From NCBI GenBank assembly GCA_951406725.2, contig OX597823.1, forward strand, positions 35,898,001 to 35,962,000: 64,000 nt of DNA. Direction: 5' to 3'. The notes under the pieces were generated by a model. That model saw only the letters and a list, made by a program, of their open reading frames with translations. It was not told the DNA's origin and did no database searches. The position numbers were made by a program, and so were the translations under genes. Below are positions 50,030 through 64,000 of this stretch, in pieces. This DNA is from Octopus vulgaris. Taxonomy: Eukaryota. Every line of letters starts with the position of its first letter. The stretch's first letter is position 1.

Positions 50030-52621
50030 TCAGTAGTTTTATTTTTATAGCGTGCTTTCACTTCACTACCGAGCGCAGCTCTGTGTGCCTTGGGTATGTG
50101 CTGTGATTTGTTGTGATGCTCTGATGGTTATTGTATGGAAAGTGTTCTGCGTAGGATGTGTGCAGTGCCTAGTAGTGCAATTTTCTGTATGTTATATGTG
50201 TTTGTAAGTCCTGGTGTTTTTGTTATGTATTTGTCTGAATATTTTTTTATCATGCCTAATGCACCTACTATGATAGGAATTGTTTCTGTTTTCAGGTTCC
50301 ACATTCTAGTTATCTCTATTTCCAGGTCTTTGTATTTTGAGAGTTTCTCCATTTCTTTTAGAGACACGTTGTCATCTGCCGGTATTGATACATCAATTAG
50401 AAAGCATTTTTTTTCTTCATGATCTCTGACAACTATATCTGGTCTGTTGGCCTTAATTTCTCTATCTGTGTGTATCGGCATATCCCAGAGTATGGTTGCT
50501 TTCTCGTTTTCTGTGATCTTTTCTGGTGTGTGCCTATACCATCTTTTTTCTGTTGTTATTCCATAATGTTGGCATAGCTTCCAATGTATGTAGGTTCCAA
50601 CTCTGTCATGTCTGTGAATATATTCCTTCTTAGCCAGGACTGGGCAGCTAGAGATAATATGATTTATTGTTTCTTGTCCATCTCCACATATTCTGCAGTT
50701 ACTTGTAATATTTCTTTTCATTACATGCTTTTGGTAATTTCTGGTGGGGAGGCTTTGGTCTTGTGCTGCAATTAAAAATCCCTCTGTTTCTGCTTTGAGT
50801 CCTGAGCTTCTCAACCATTGCTGGGATTTTTCTTTGTCTATTTCTTTTGCATTTAGTTTAGTGCAGTATTTACCATGAAGGGGCTTTTCTTGCCATCGTT
50901 TTATCATGGCTCGTTGCTGTTCTATTTTTAGTTTGGATTTCATTTGTTTTATAGCTTTTGTTGTTTCTTCATCATCTTCTTCTTCTTCTTTGTGTTTATT
51001 AGGTGGTATGATTTCTTGTTTGTATTTGTCAGCTTCCTTAAATACTGAGAACAGTTGTTGTGTTTTGCTCGTGTTTTGCTGCTATCTGGATCAGTGTTCC
51101 TTCCTTCTGAAGTAGGTATTTTTGCAGTCCTATGGTGGTTATTTTATAGTAGTTTTCCAGCTGTATAAGGCCTCTACCACCTTCTATACGTTGTATATAT
51201 AGTCTTTCTATGTCAGATTTTGGGTGATGCATCCTAGATCCTGTCAGTATTTTTCTTGTTTTCCTATCTATTTTGGACAGTTCATTTCGTGTCCAGTTAA
51301 GGATATTGTAGCTGTAACTTATAACTGGGACAGCTAAAGTGTTGATACCTATTATCTTGTTTTTAGCATTGAGCTCTGTTTTTAGTATTGATCTAACTCG
51401 TCTATAATATTCTTTTTTTATTTTCTCTTTCATTTGTGTGTGTTGTGTCTTATCTAGTTCATGGAGTCCTAAGCATTTGTAAGTTTGGCTTTGGTCTAAT
51501 TCTTTTATTTCATTGGTTTTATCTAGTGTGATGTTGTTACTCTTAACTAGTTTTCCTCTTTTCAGGGTTACTTTGGCGCATTTTTCTAATCCAAATTTCA
51601 TATCTATTTCTTTGGTAAATCCATGAACTGTCTTTAATAGTGTTTCCAGCTGTTTGTAATTTGCAGCGTATAGTTTTAGGTCATCCATATATAAAAGGTG
51701 GCTGATCGTTTTGCCGTAACATTTATATCTGCATCCCGTTCTATTTAGCATATCAGATAGAGGTGACAGTGCCAAGCAGAAAAGGAGTGGAGAGAGCGTG
51801 TCTCCCTGGAATATTCCTCTTCTAATGGGGATGTCTTTGGTTTTCATGAGTCCCTCTTTTGTTTGGAGGTGTAGGACTGTTTGCCATTTATTCATAGAGT
51901 GCTCTATGAATTTTATGATTGTTGGTGCTACTTTGTTAATGGCTAGTGTTTCGAGGATCCATGTGTGGGGGATGCTATCAAACGCCTTTTTGTAGTCAAT
52001 CCAGGCCATACTGAGGCCTTTCTTCTTTCTGTGGCTGTCTTCAGTTACGGCTTTATTAATCATTAGTTGATCTTTACAGCCATATGAGCCCTTGCGGCAT
52101 CCTTTCTGCTCTTCTGGGGACAGTTTGTTTTCGTCCAGGTGCTTGTTCAGCCTTTGCGATATCACTGCAGTAAATGCCTTGAACATAGTAAGGAGGCAGG
52201 TTATTGGTCTGTAGTTTTCTGGTTTTGTTGTTTCATTTGATTTGGGAATTAAGATGGTTTTCCCCTTCGTGAGCCATTCAGGCATTGTCTCTGGCTCTGC
52301 TAGTATGCTGTTAAAGTTTTCAGCCAGCTTTTTGTGCATTCCTGTTAGATATTTCAACCAGAAGTTGGGGATCTTGTCATGCCCAGGTGCCTTCCAGTTG
52401 CTTAGTTTTTGCAGTGCCTGGGTGACCTCTTCAGTTGTTATGGGGGTCCAAAGTTGTTCAGATGCCGAGTTTATTATTTTCATACTCCTTTTTTTTGGCT
52501 GTTCGTTCGCCGACCATATTTCTCTCCAGAATTCTTCCAATTCTTCTGCCGTTGGTGCTGCAGTGACTTCTATTTTATTTTTGCCCAGTTCTTGGTAGAA
52601 CTTTTTGGGGTCGGAGTTGAA
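50030..52621 (-). mobile_element. 5'-truncated Dong/R4-like LINE, copy A (RT plus RLE, one frameshift)
   Basis: ORFs 52540-51038 (YMDD) and 50943-50128 (CRIC..HIISSC, RPD..D..K); flanked by (TAA)n. Confidence 0.93.
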
Positions 52622-52830
52622 TTAGAACTTTTTGGGGTCGGAGTTGAATTAGAACTTTTTGGGGTCGGAGTTGAATAGAACTTTTTGTGGTCGGAGTTGA
52701 ATAGAACTTTTTGGGGTCGGAGTTGAATAGAACTTTTTGGGGTCGGAGTTGAATAGAACTTTTGGGGGTCGGAGTTGAATAGAACTTTTTGGGGTCGGAG
52801 TTGAATAGAACTTTTTGGGGTCGGAGTTGA

Positions 52831-52831
<1 letters not shown>
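52596..52831. repeat. 26-bp tandem repeat, 9 copies, derived from LINE coding sequence at the 5' truncation point
   Basis: Unit TAGAACTTTTTGGGGTCGGAGTTGAA; sense encodes FNSDPKKFY. Two junctions carry one extra T. Confidence 0.95.
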
Positions 52832-52917
<86 letters not shown>

Positions 52918-53472
52918 GAGTGAGAGAGTAGTGCATGCCATCAAAGTGACACTGGGGTAAAATATACGAAGCCAAGTATACCCATCATGACTACCCATCT
53001 GATAAGGGTACACCAGGCACATGCATCGCAAACATATGTGCGCGACATGGTGATCTCATATCAAGAAAAACAGCACATGACCTTGCAGGTGGGGTCCAGT
53101 TAGAATTTTTTTCTGATCGAGTAGACCATCCCACTCAAAAGGTCCCTGAATAAGGATTGTTTAAGGATGTTGAACGAAATACCCATGTTTACAGAGGTGA
53201 ATTATTCAAACCCGAAAAAATCCCTCTCAACGCATGGCTATGATGCTCTCCCACTACTTCTGCTCGTGATCAGAGATGCACATATCGTCAGCCACTAAGG
53301 GACATGATCAACTGGTTAAGGTCAAACAACTGACAAGCAAACCTATGGTATTGAGCAGAATATTTGCTATAGCCCATCTTTTATACCAAGACAAACCAGT
53401 GTACATGATAACACTTCCAATCAGTTAAGATCAGAAGTCACGAGAGCCACTGCCTGGTACTGCATCAGGGTA
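52918..53472. mobile_element. Unclassified noncoding segment between (TAA)n tracts, probably a LINE 3' UTR fragment
   Basis: Complex sequence bounded on both sides by TAA arrays like the neighbouring LINE ends; no recognisable ORF. Confidence 0.4.
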
Positions 53473-53483
53473 TTTTATCATTG

Positions 53484-53566
<83 letters not shown>

Positions 53567-53570
53567 ATTA

Positions 53571-55660
<2,090 letters not shown>

Positions 55661-56374
55661 ATGATAGTGTGATCTTAAGGTGACAGTAAAAGACGTTTGC
55701 TATTATCTACATTTAAAGTACTTTTGACAATGTTTTGACATTGTTTACAGATTAAAATGTTTTGGGGATTACACAGACAATATTTTTTCTATGTTGCTTT
55801 GGGGATTACTTGACAGAGGTTTACTTTAGAGACAAGAGTATTTCTTCTTGCGTTTGAGGGTGATGGTTTGACGTTACTCTGCTCATTGGTTTACAAGAAT
55901 TTGCAAGAATCTTAAAGAACCAACAGACTCTAACTGTAACAATAGCACCGTAAAATAGTAAAATCAACTTTATAATGTCCTCAGATGTCAGTGTAGATAT
56001 ATTTATTAGGACAGAACTGAATACACTCAATGATCTGTACAACGCATTAATAATGTCCTAAAAAGACCTTTAGATTAGTGTTCCATATAATTAACAGCAA
56101 TATGGGGGAATAACATCTACAGGTTGTTCGTTGATAGACGTGTTTAATAGATGTGGGTGCGATGAGGAAGGAAGAACTGAGTGAACTCTTTGACACAAGA
56201 CATATGCATAACAAGTGCACACAATTTTTATATATTAAAAAAGCTTATAATGAAATCAATGAATTTTGAAGGAAAAGCGTAATCACATCTGTTCTATGTC
56301 GATTGTCTTTAGGGACTTAGTTTTGCTAGATTGGAGAGGTGTGAAGTGGTACATAAACAACTAAATGTGTTAGT

Positions 56375-56620
56375 GGAGATGCGTGGCTTATCGATTAGGA
56401 TATTCGGCTCATGATTGTAAGGTAGTGAGCTCGAGTCCCAGCGGCGCGTTATGTTATTGAGCAAGACACTTTATTTTATGTTGTTTTAGTCCTCTCAGCT
56501 GGCAAAAATGCGTTGTACCTGTAATTCAAAGGGTCAAATTCTGTGTCACGCTGAATTTCCGTGAGAACTACGTTAATGGTACGCATGTCTATAGAAAGCA
56601 CACCAACTTGCAATTAGCTT
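56375..56620 (+). mobile_element. SINE family A, decayed
   Basis: GCGTGGCTTA..GAGCTCGAGTCCC..TTGAGCAAGACACTTT. Confidence 0.7.
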
Positions 56621-56687
56621 TTACCATAGACTTGTAAGTGGAAATTGGCTAATGGAAACTACGTAGAAACTATTGCGTACACACATA

Positions 56688-57150
56688 TAGAGGCGTTATC
56701 AAAAAGTTCTCGGACTGTAGCGCGCCAACAGATGGTAGCACACGATTGCGCTCACAACAAGAACTAGCAGTGAACTTCATGAGGTAGTGTGTCGAGTGAC
56801 ATCCCTGTGTTTATTTCGCAAGTTGTGAAATTTGTGTTTTTGTGATCACATGAATGCTGTAGTCTGCGATTTAGTGAGTTTCTCGCCAAAAACAACATGG
56901 TATCACTTCCGCACCCGCCCTATTCGCCAGATTTGGCACCTGCAGACTTCCATCTCTTCCCCAAGATGATAAGGCGGCTTCAAGGTCACCATTTTAACAG
57001 CGTTGTCAAGATCCAGAGCGAATAGCAGAAGGTCCTTATCTCGCTTACGGAAAACAACATCCAAACAGGATTCTAAAAGTGGTAGGAAAACTGGGACCGG
57101 TGTATTGCTGAGCAAGGTAACTATTTCGATGGAGATGATATTAAAATATG
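56688..57150 (+). mobile_element. Internally deleted mariner derivative
   Basis: TIR-like GAGGCGTTATCAAAAAGTTCTCGGACT, then HPPYSPDLAPADFHLFPK..GNYFDGD at about 56905-57140. Confidence 0.8.
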
Positions 57151-57432
57151 ATACTACCCCGTACCTACACGATACACACGCGCACAAACAAACACACACA
57201 CACACACACACACTATTATTCTTTTATTCTTTTGTTTCATTTGACTGCAGCCATGCTGGAGAACCGTTTTTTAGTCGAACAAATCGACCCCAGAACTTAT
57301 TCTTTGTAAGCCTAGTACTTATTCTATCGGTCTCTTTTGCCGAACTGCTAAGTTACTTGGGCGTAAATACACCAACACCTGCTGTCAAGCGATCGGGAGA
57401 GGGGTAAACATGGATACACAAACATATAAATG

Positions 57433-57489
<57 letters not shown>

Positions 57490-57497
57490 TCACACAC

Positions 57498-57667
57498 TTT
57501 ACTAATAAAGCTGCAGAAGCATCACAAAAACTATTACTCAGAGTTTCACGTTCCCGTTCGCCAGACAGTTTTTTGTTTTGAGTTTCTCAACCAAAACTGT
57601 CCGACGAACGGGAACGTGAAACCCTGAGTAACAGCTTTTGTGATGTGTTTGCAGCTTTATTAATAAA
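57498..57667. mobile_element. PLE terminal-repeat palindrome carrying two inverted hammerhead copies, inserted in the (TA)n of a family C SINE
   Basis: Plus copy ACTGT-CCGACGA-ACG ggaa CGT-GAAAC-cctga-GTA-ACAG (57596-57634); minus copy has CTGGCGA. SINE halves at about 57228-57420 and 57745-57900. Confidence 0.7.
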
Positions 57668-57906
57668 GCATATTACTCTACTTCCGCTATTCGAGTACTA
57701 TTTTTTTCCACTTTGTTTCACATTTATGTGCTTACTCTGGTATATATATGACGGGCTTTTTTCAGTTTCCGTCTACTATATCCACTCATAGGGCTCGGGG
57801 CTATAGTAGAATACACTTGCTCAAGGTGTCATGCAGTGGGACTGAACCCAGAACCCTGTCGTTGAGAAGCAAACTTCTTACCACACAGACATGCCTCCAC
57901 ACATGC

Positions 57907-58029
<123 letters not shown>

Positions 58030-58433
58030 GGGAGAGAGGTTTAAAGGCAACACGCACACTGACACACACACACACACACACACACCGTACACACACACAC
58101 CGTACACACACACACACACACACCGTACACACACACACACACCGTACACACACGCGTACACGCGCACTCCCCACACATGCACAGTCGCATTATCACGTAT
58201 ATTTACTAGTTAGTCTATAAACATGGGAATGCCGGAAAATATAAATATACAAAATTTACATTATGTTCATTTACAGACATGCATAAACTTATATATATTA
58301 ACACACACACACGCACACACTCAAACTAAGCTTATAAAACACATACATACATATATATACTACACACACACGCACACGCACGCACACACACACACACACA
58401 CATATATATCTATATAATATATAATATATAATG

Positions 58434-58501
<68 letters not shown>

Positions 58502-58536
58502 AGAAGTTAAACGCAGGTGTTATTCAAATCTTTTTA

Positions 58537-58625
58537 CTTTCGACATATGTTTCGAAGAAAACATTGGTATTATTCCAGTAGGAATAAAATGGTGTAAAAC
58601 AGTGCAATCTTCTCATCAGGGAAAG
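58537..58625 (-). ncRNA. Putative type I hammerhead ribozyme with long stem II
   Basis: CTTTC-c-CTGATGA-GAAGA..(inner TATTCC tact GGAATA)..TCTTC-GAAAC-ATAT-GTC-GAAAG; canonical core and G10.1-C11.1 pair. Confidence 0.72.
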
Positions 58626-58918
58626 AAAGAAACCAAACACATGAATAAGATATTTTAAAAGAATGTGGTGACTGCGTATATGATGAAGGGAACGCTAGCA
58701 AGTTTTTGTTTAAAATTCCGTTAGTAGATATAACGTCAAAGGTAGTTTATAGAAAGTGAAGGAGGAGAAAGAAAGAAATTAGCAGAAAACTAATAGTGGA
58801 TAGATATAGAGCGATAGGTGAATAGGAATAAAGCTTAAAGGCATGGAAGTAGATATATTTAGTTGAAGTAAAATGTAAGAAGACAGTCAAAAGGTCGAAT
58901 TTTATAGAATGGTAGAAA

Positions 58919-59161
58919 TTACTTATAGGAACTAAAGGTATATTTCTGCCAATGTCTGCAACGATAAACGCGTTCAATAAACATGTTTACAAGAGGATTC
59001 TCTGAGAACAGGATGAAATACTTTTCACTGTTACAAAGCGGGTAAAAAGATTTGCCTTTATCATACAGAAAAGGCATAAAGAGACTATTCCATTCCAAAT
59101 CAAATTGTTTATTATGATCCTTTAGAGTTCTGACGTCTTTTTTATATAGGTAGTTCTTCAT
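58919..59161 (-). mobile_element. Penelope-like GIY-YIG C-terminal remnant, upstream of the hammerhead at 58537-58625
   Basis: TLKDHNKQFDLEW..YPLCNSEKYFILF..CRHWQKY; same motif class as 21990-22360. Confidence 0.7.
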
Positions 59162-60075
59162 TTCAGTTGTACAAAGACTATTTAATCATTACTCTACAAG
59201 TAGACATTAATTTGGTATCTAAAGAATCATAATAAACAATATGCGTAAATGTATATATAGGTTGGGTGATGAAAACAAGAAAAAAAAACTTAAATCATGA
59301 ATACATGTGTATGTGTGTGCGTGTGTATGTGTGTGTGTTTGTATACGTGCGTGTGTACATGTGTGTGTCTGTGTGTGTGAGTGTGCGTCTATGTGTGTAT
59401 TCAGATATGTACTGATGTATTTTAAAGCTTGTAAACGTTCATGCGCAGACAGGCATAACAGTGTATACACAAATGTATGTGCACATACGCATCATACATA
59501 CATATATATTCACACGCACATGCCAACTGTTCAACATACACATATATAATGCCAACTGTTCTACATACACACATATACTTGTAACGACTGTAAATCAACA
59601 AACCATAACATACATGACAATATCAATAGAATTAAGAGGACAAACGCTCATCATTCCTTTATTCAGCACACTTGAATAATGTCATATATGTATGCATGTG
59701 TATGAATGTGTGTGAGTGTATATGTATATGTATATGTGTTGGTGTGTAGTAGTAGTAGACCAGTGCTCCCTTCAACTAATAAGTTATGGAATATCTCTAG
59801 GTTCTTCGCTGTCAGATATTGTTGACAATTACTCCATGTGAACAGTCCAGTTGTGTATCAGTGTAGAAAAGTAAGCCAACCACACATAGGTGCAGACCTA
59901 ACTATGTGGTTTACATGGTTAAATAGGTCACCTCGCAGATGTCAATGTTCAATTTCTAGTCGGACTAAATTGGGTAGGTAACCTCTTTTACAGCTTTGTG
60001 AGTGATATCAAGTAGGCAGGATTTATACGGAAACACCTCTCACACAACATGCACATGCATGTATACACCCATTTA

Positions 60076-62285
60076 CACAACGTAACAATTTTCAAAAAAA
60101 AATTTGTTTATTGTATTTTTTTAACGTTCATCAATCCATTTTTTTTCTGCTGATTCCAAAAATGAAATTATTTTTTGCGTATCATCAACAGTTTAAAAAA
60201 TAGGTCGACTTTCAATGCTATTATACATTCGGTATTGTTATAATGTTTCGCTACTAAATGTATGTCTAATTTTCTCTTTCAGATCATAAGTTCTTTCAGG
60301 ATGGCTACTAGAGTATGTAAAAATTCTCTAGATACATTTTGCTATGTGTGTGGCTATTATATTGGAAAAAAAGCAGGTATTACATAAGATCGTGAAATGT
60401 GCCAAATTGTGGATAGCGTACAGACTCTATTTTGGAATGCCCATGGGTGACCAGGACAAACTATGGGCCCCACGTGTGATATGTGGAAGCTGTCGATCTA
60501 TTTTAGAAGGATGGTTAAAAGGTACAGGAAGGTCAATGCCTTTTGCCATTCCAAGGGTATGGAGAGAGCCAAAGAACCATCACGATGACTGTTACTTTTG
60601 TATGATCAATGTGACAAAGTACAGAAACGTGAAAAGAAAACTAGCTCTTCAGTATCCAGACATACCATCATCTAGAGCACTTGTCCCACATGATGACAGT
60701 CTACGAGTACCACTACCACCAGAAAATATTCCAACTGAAGAGTCAACAAGTAGCAGCAGCCAAGAAGCTTTAGTACCATGAACGACTTCGGAGCCTCACT
60801 TTCCAAATCAGAGTGAGTTAGATGATTTAATCAAAGATCTGGGTCTTACTATGTCAGGAGCTGAACTTCTTTCATCAAGGTTGAAGGAATGGAATCTACT
60901 GGGGGAAGACTGCAAGACATCTGTGTACTGGAAACACCATGAAGAATTTGAAATTTACTATGAAAATATTAATGATCTGTGTTATTGTAAAGATGTGATT
61001 AGTTTGTTTACTACTATTGGACTCAAGCATGATTCTGTAGAATGGCGACTGTTCATAGATAGATCAACACAAAGCCTTAAAGCAGTGTTGCTCCATAATG
61101 GAAATAAATATCCTTCTTTGCCTCTTGCACACTCTATACAGAAGAAAGAAAATTACGATAATGTCAAAGAACCTCTCGACAAAATAAATTACGCTGAGTT
61201 CAAGTGGATGTTTGTTGTGATTTCAAGATGCTTCCCTTCTTGCTTGGCTTGCAAAGGAGATACACAAGGTATTCGTGTTTCATTTGCTTATGGGACAGCA
61301 GAGCTGATGATGATCATTACAAGAGAGTGCATTGGCCCCCACGAGTAGAACTGCAGCCAGGAATGTTAAATGTTCTCAAACAGCCTCTAGTAGATTACAG
61401 CAAAATCTTATTACCCCCACTTCATATCAAACTCGGATTGGTAAAACAGTTTGTGAAGGTTTTAGATTTTAGAGGAGAAGCTTTTCAAGAAATTTGTCTT
61501 ATGTTTCCAAAGCTATCTGAGGCTAAGATCAAGGGTGGCATATTTGTTGGCCCCCAAGTAAATGCAATGTTAAAATCGAAGAAACTGGAAACAGCGATGA
61601 CAAAAGTTGAAAAAGAAGCTTGGTGTGCATTTCATGATGTAGTTCGTGGATTCCTAGGAAATCACAAGGATCCTAATTACAAACAGCTGATAGCAAAGCT
61701 TATTGAAAACTTCAAGAAAATGGTTTATCGTATGTCCTTAAAGGTTCATTTTTTTGCACTCTCACCTAGATTTTTCCCCGAAAGCTTGGGTGATGTCAAT
61801 GAGGAGAATGGTGAGAGATTTCCTCAGGACATCGCAATATGGAAAGAAGATACCAAGGACGATGGGATACTACTATGATGGGAGATTATATATGATCTCT
61901 AGTCAGAAGAGATGAAGGTATTACACTCCAGAAAATCTCTATCGTCCAAGCACTTCTCATCTTAAGAAAAGAGTTATCAAGGCATTTACAGTGCAGAGTT
62001 TTATTGTTTCTTTTTGTTCTAACTAATATTATACTTCCTACATACCTTTCAATATATGAAAATGTACTCAATTTTGTGAAATTATCCTTACAATACTAGA
62101 ATAGATTGAACCATCAAAGTGCTGTAGAGAAAAGTTACAAATATAACGAGCAAATATGAAATTAGGAATAAATAAATAACTATCGATGTTACGTCAAAAC
62201 GAATGTGATTTTTTTAATTTAGTGGAAAAAATGCATATATGAACATTAAAAAAATACAAATAAACAAAACATGTGTTACATTGTG
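60076..62285 (+). mobile_element. Chapaev3-type (CMC/Transib-related) DNA transposon, full length, pseudogenised
   Basis: Termini CACAACGTAACA..TGTTACATTGTG with about 100-bp imperfect TIRs; flanks TTA and CTA. Confidence 0.85.
60301..61915 (+). pseudogene. Chapaev3-type transposase, frameshifted
   Basis: MATRVCKNSLDTFCYVCG, GDQDKLWAP..C..C, WREPKNHHDDCYFC, WRLFID..SLKAVLLHNGN, CFICLWDSRA, PPLHIKLGLVKQFVK, GIFVGPQ, EENGERF.QDI. Confidence 0.88.
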
Positions 62286-62749
62286 CTATGATTCTGCTTA
62301 GCTGAACAGAGTAACTCAGTGTACTTAGACTTCACAGTATTAGTACGGTTCGACTCCATAGAAGCAATAAGATCTGTAGGCACTTAATTCGAAGTGCACG
62401 GTTCTTAGTGGCTGAAATGGCTGTAAGCTAAGGAAGGGGATTACGTAACACCCGTTCTTTTGTCATTGATATCTATATATATATACAGTGAAAGAGAGAA
62501 CGTGATAGAGAGAAGGAGAGAGCGAAATACGAAGAAATGAACAAAACGAGATAGGTACACGAAAAATGCTAAGTTCGTTCCTCGTTGACATGGAAAGAAC
62601 TAATTATGATGTTTCGACATCATCCTCCTTCAGAAGGGAGATGTCCGAAACATGGCCAGGAACTAGATATAAGACACCGAAACACTAATTTTAGCCGCTT
62701 AGGGATAAACCATTGGAACAAATCTGATAAAGGCAATGATCAACTACAT

Positions 62750-63990
62750 TCAGTCAGACAGCAGATGTAAAATCTACAAGATAGGTAAACGAATGTATCA
62801 CTCACCTTTTGAGTGAGTGTAGTATACTCGTACTAAAGGAGTATAAGCGCATATATGGTTGTCTAGGTGAAAGAGTGCATCGGAATGTTAGGGAAGTGTG
62901 TGATTTCAAAACAACGGGGAAATGGTATGAACACGAACCAGAGGATTTAATAGAAAATCAATCACAGGATCTCATGTCACTTTTTAAAGACTGCCTTGAA
63001 AGGTAAATTGATGTCAAATTTCCGATCTACAACCTGTTTACCACTTATGTGGAACCTTATGACCTGTGTCTTGGCAGAGAAGTGTATAATCTGGAAAGTA
63101 ACATTTTACTTCCGGTGGAACAGAAAGAGTGCAGCAGGCAAAGTAGGGCAACTAAAGACCAGTTGTTAGTTTATAAAATGGTAATCAGAAATTGCAGACG
63201 CAGATTGATGGGATTGAGTGAAGCATGGCTGGATTATAAAAGCACAGGACATGATGCTGCGCAGTTCTATAAATAAAACAATGAGTATGTTTGATAGAAA
63301 ATATGGGGAAATCTTTCAGTGAAAGTATGAAATATTGGAGCAATGACTTGATTGGAGGAAAGCAAAAATTTGGGAAGATGAACAGACATGATGTAATACC
63401 CGAAATTTGCACAACGCGAATACAAAAGATGCCATGACAATGTAGAAAGAAGGATCTATTGGGAGTTCTGTGGAAATCACGGCCTACAAACAGCAAAGAC
63501 ATGGTATGAGAAAAGTCCAGGAGTCACTGAAAATGAGACTTGCAAAATCCTGGGCGCAATGATCCAGTGCGATCACTCGACCAGACATCGGAAACTGGAC
63601 ATCGTTGTGGTGAATAAGCTTGTATGATAATCAACATAGCATGCCCCGGTGATAACAGGATCAATGTGAAAGAATAAAAATAAACAATTTGAAGTGGGAA
63701 ATACGAAGGTTGTGGTCAATAAAAAGAGTACACATGATACCAATATTAAATGGCGCACTTGGAAGTGTCGGCACTCAACTACCAAAATGGCTGAAAAAGA
63801 TTAGTGCAAGTGTGAAGGTAGAACACCAAAAAAATTAGTATTGCTTGGAACTGCAAGAATTCTTCGCAGGGTTCTTGAAGCATGACGAGTAAATAAATAT
63901 AAGTGTCACCTTAGTCTGCTGGCTGTGAACAGTTGACACTTTCCATCGTACCCAGCAAAATAAGCTGTGAGTTTTCATTTAATAATAACA
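62750..63990 (+). mobile_element. Decayed, rearranged RLE-type LINE fragments including a 3' end
   Basis: WYEHEP, LPVEQKEC..TKDQLL..AWLDYK; then RHDNV..WYEK..ENE.CKIL, DIVVV, GALGSV, LLGTARILRRVLEA-stop; ends in TAA repeats. Confidence 0.8.
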
Positions 63991-64000
63991 ATAATAATCC

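Noticed and set aside
52596-52831. CRISPR-like regular 26-bp repeats (also the 29-bp array at 34013 and the 33-bp array at 17738)
   Set aside because: No unique spacers, no cas genes, eukaryotic context; two of the units are LINE coding sequence.
62608-62655. Hairpin with GAAAC on both strands resembling a hammerhead pair
   Set aside because: Core and stems are too degenerate to support a call.

Overview
AT-rich, microsatellite-dense animal genomic DNA; the SINE, LINE and Penelope content suggests an octopus (inference, not verified). There is one clear host gene: a BTB/BACK protein (12829-14730, minus) whose coding region has no intron. Almost everything else is transposon-derived: a dead Gypsy pol end, three Tx1/L1-type pieces, a nest of restriction-like-endonuclease (Dong/R4-type) LINEs in (TAA)n tracts (one nearly intact), a full-length mariner, Helitron and hAT remnants, a Chapaev3-type DNA transposon, several tRNA-derived SINE families and many Penelope-like fragments forming palindromes. 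Four unannotated signals stand out. (1) Two 5'-truncated Dong/R4 copies have their terminal 26-29 nt of coding sequence reiterated 7-9 times at the insertion junction. (2) At least five distinct hammerhead-ribozyme-like families occur, including a U3-A8 core variant. (3) An ORF1-only Tx1-like element sits, with an 11-bp TSD, inside the tRNA head of a SINE. (4) A TSD-flanked foldback unit combines a GIY-YIG tail, a tRNA-like Pol III module and a hammerhead. All calls come from reading the sequence by eye; no searches were run and boundaries of degraded elements are approximate.
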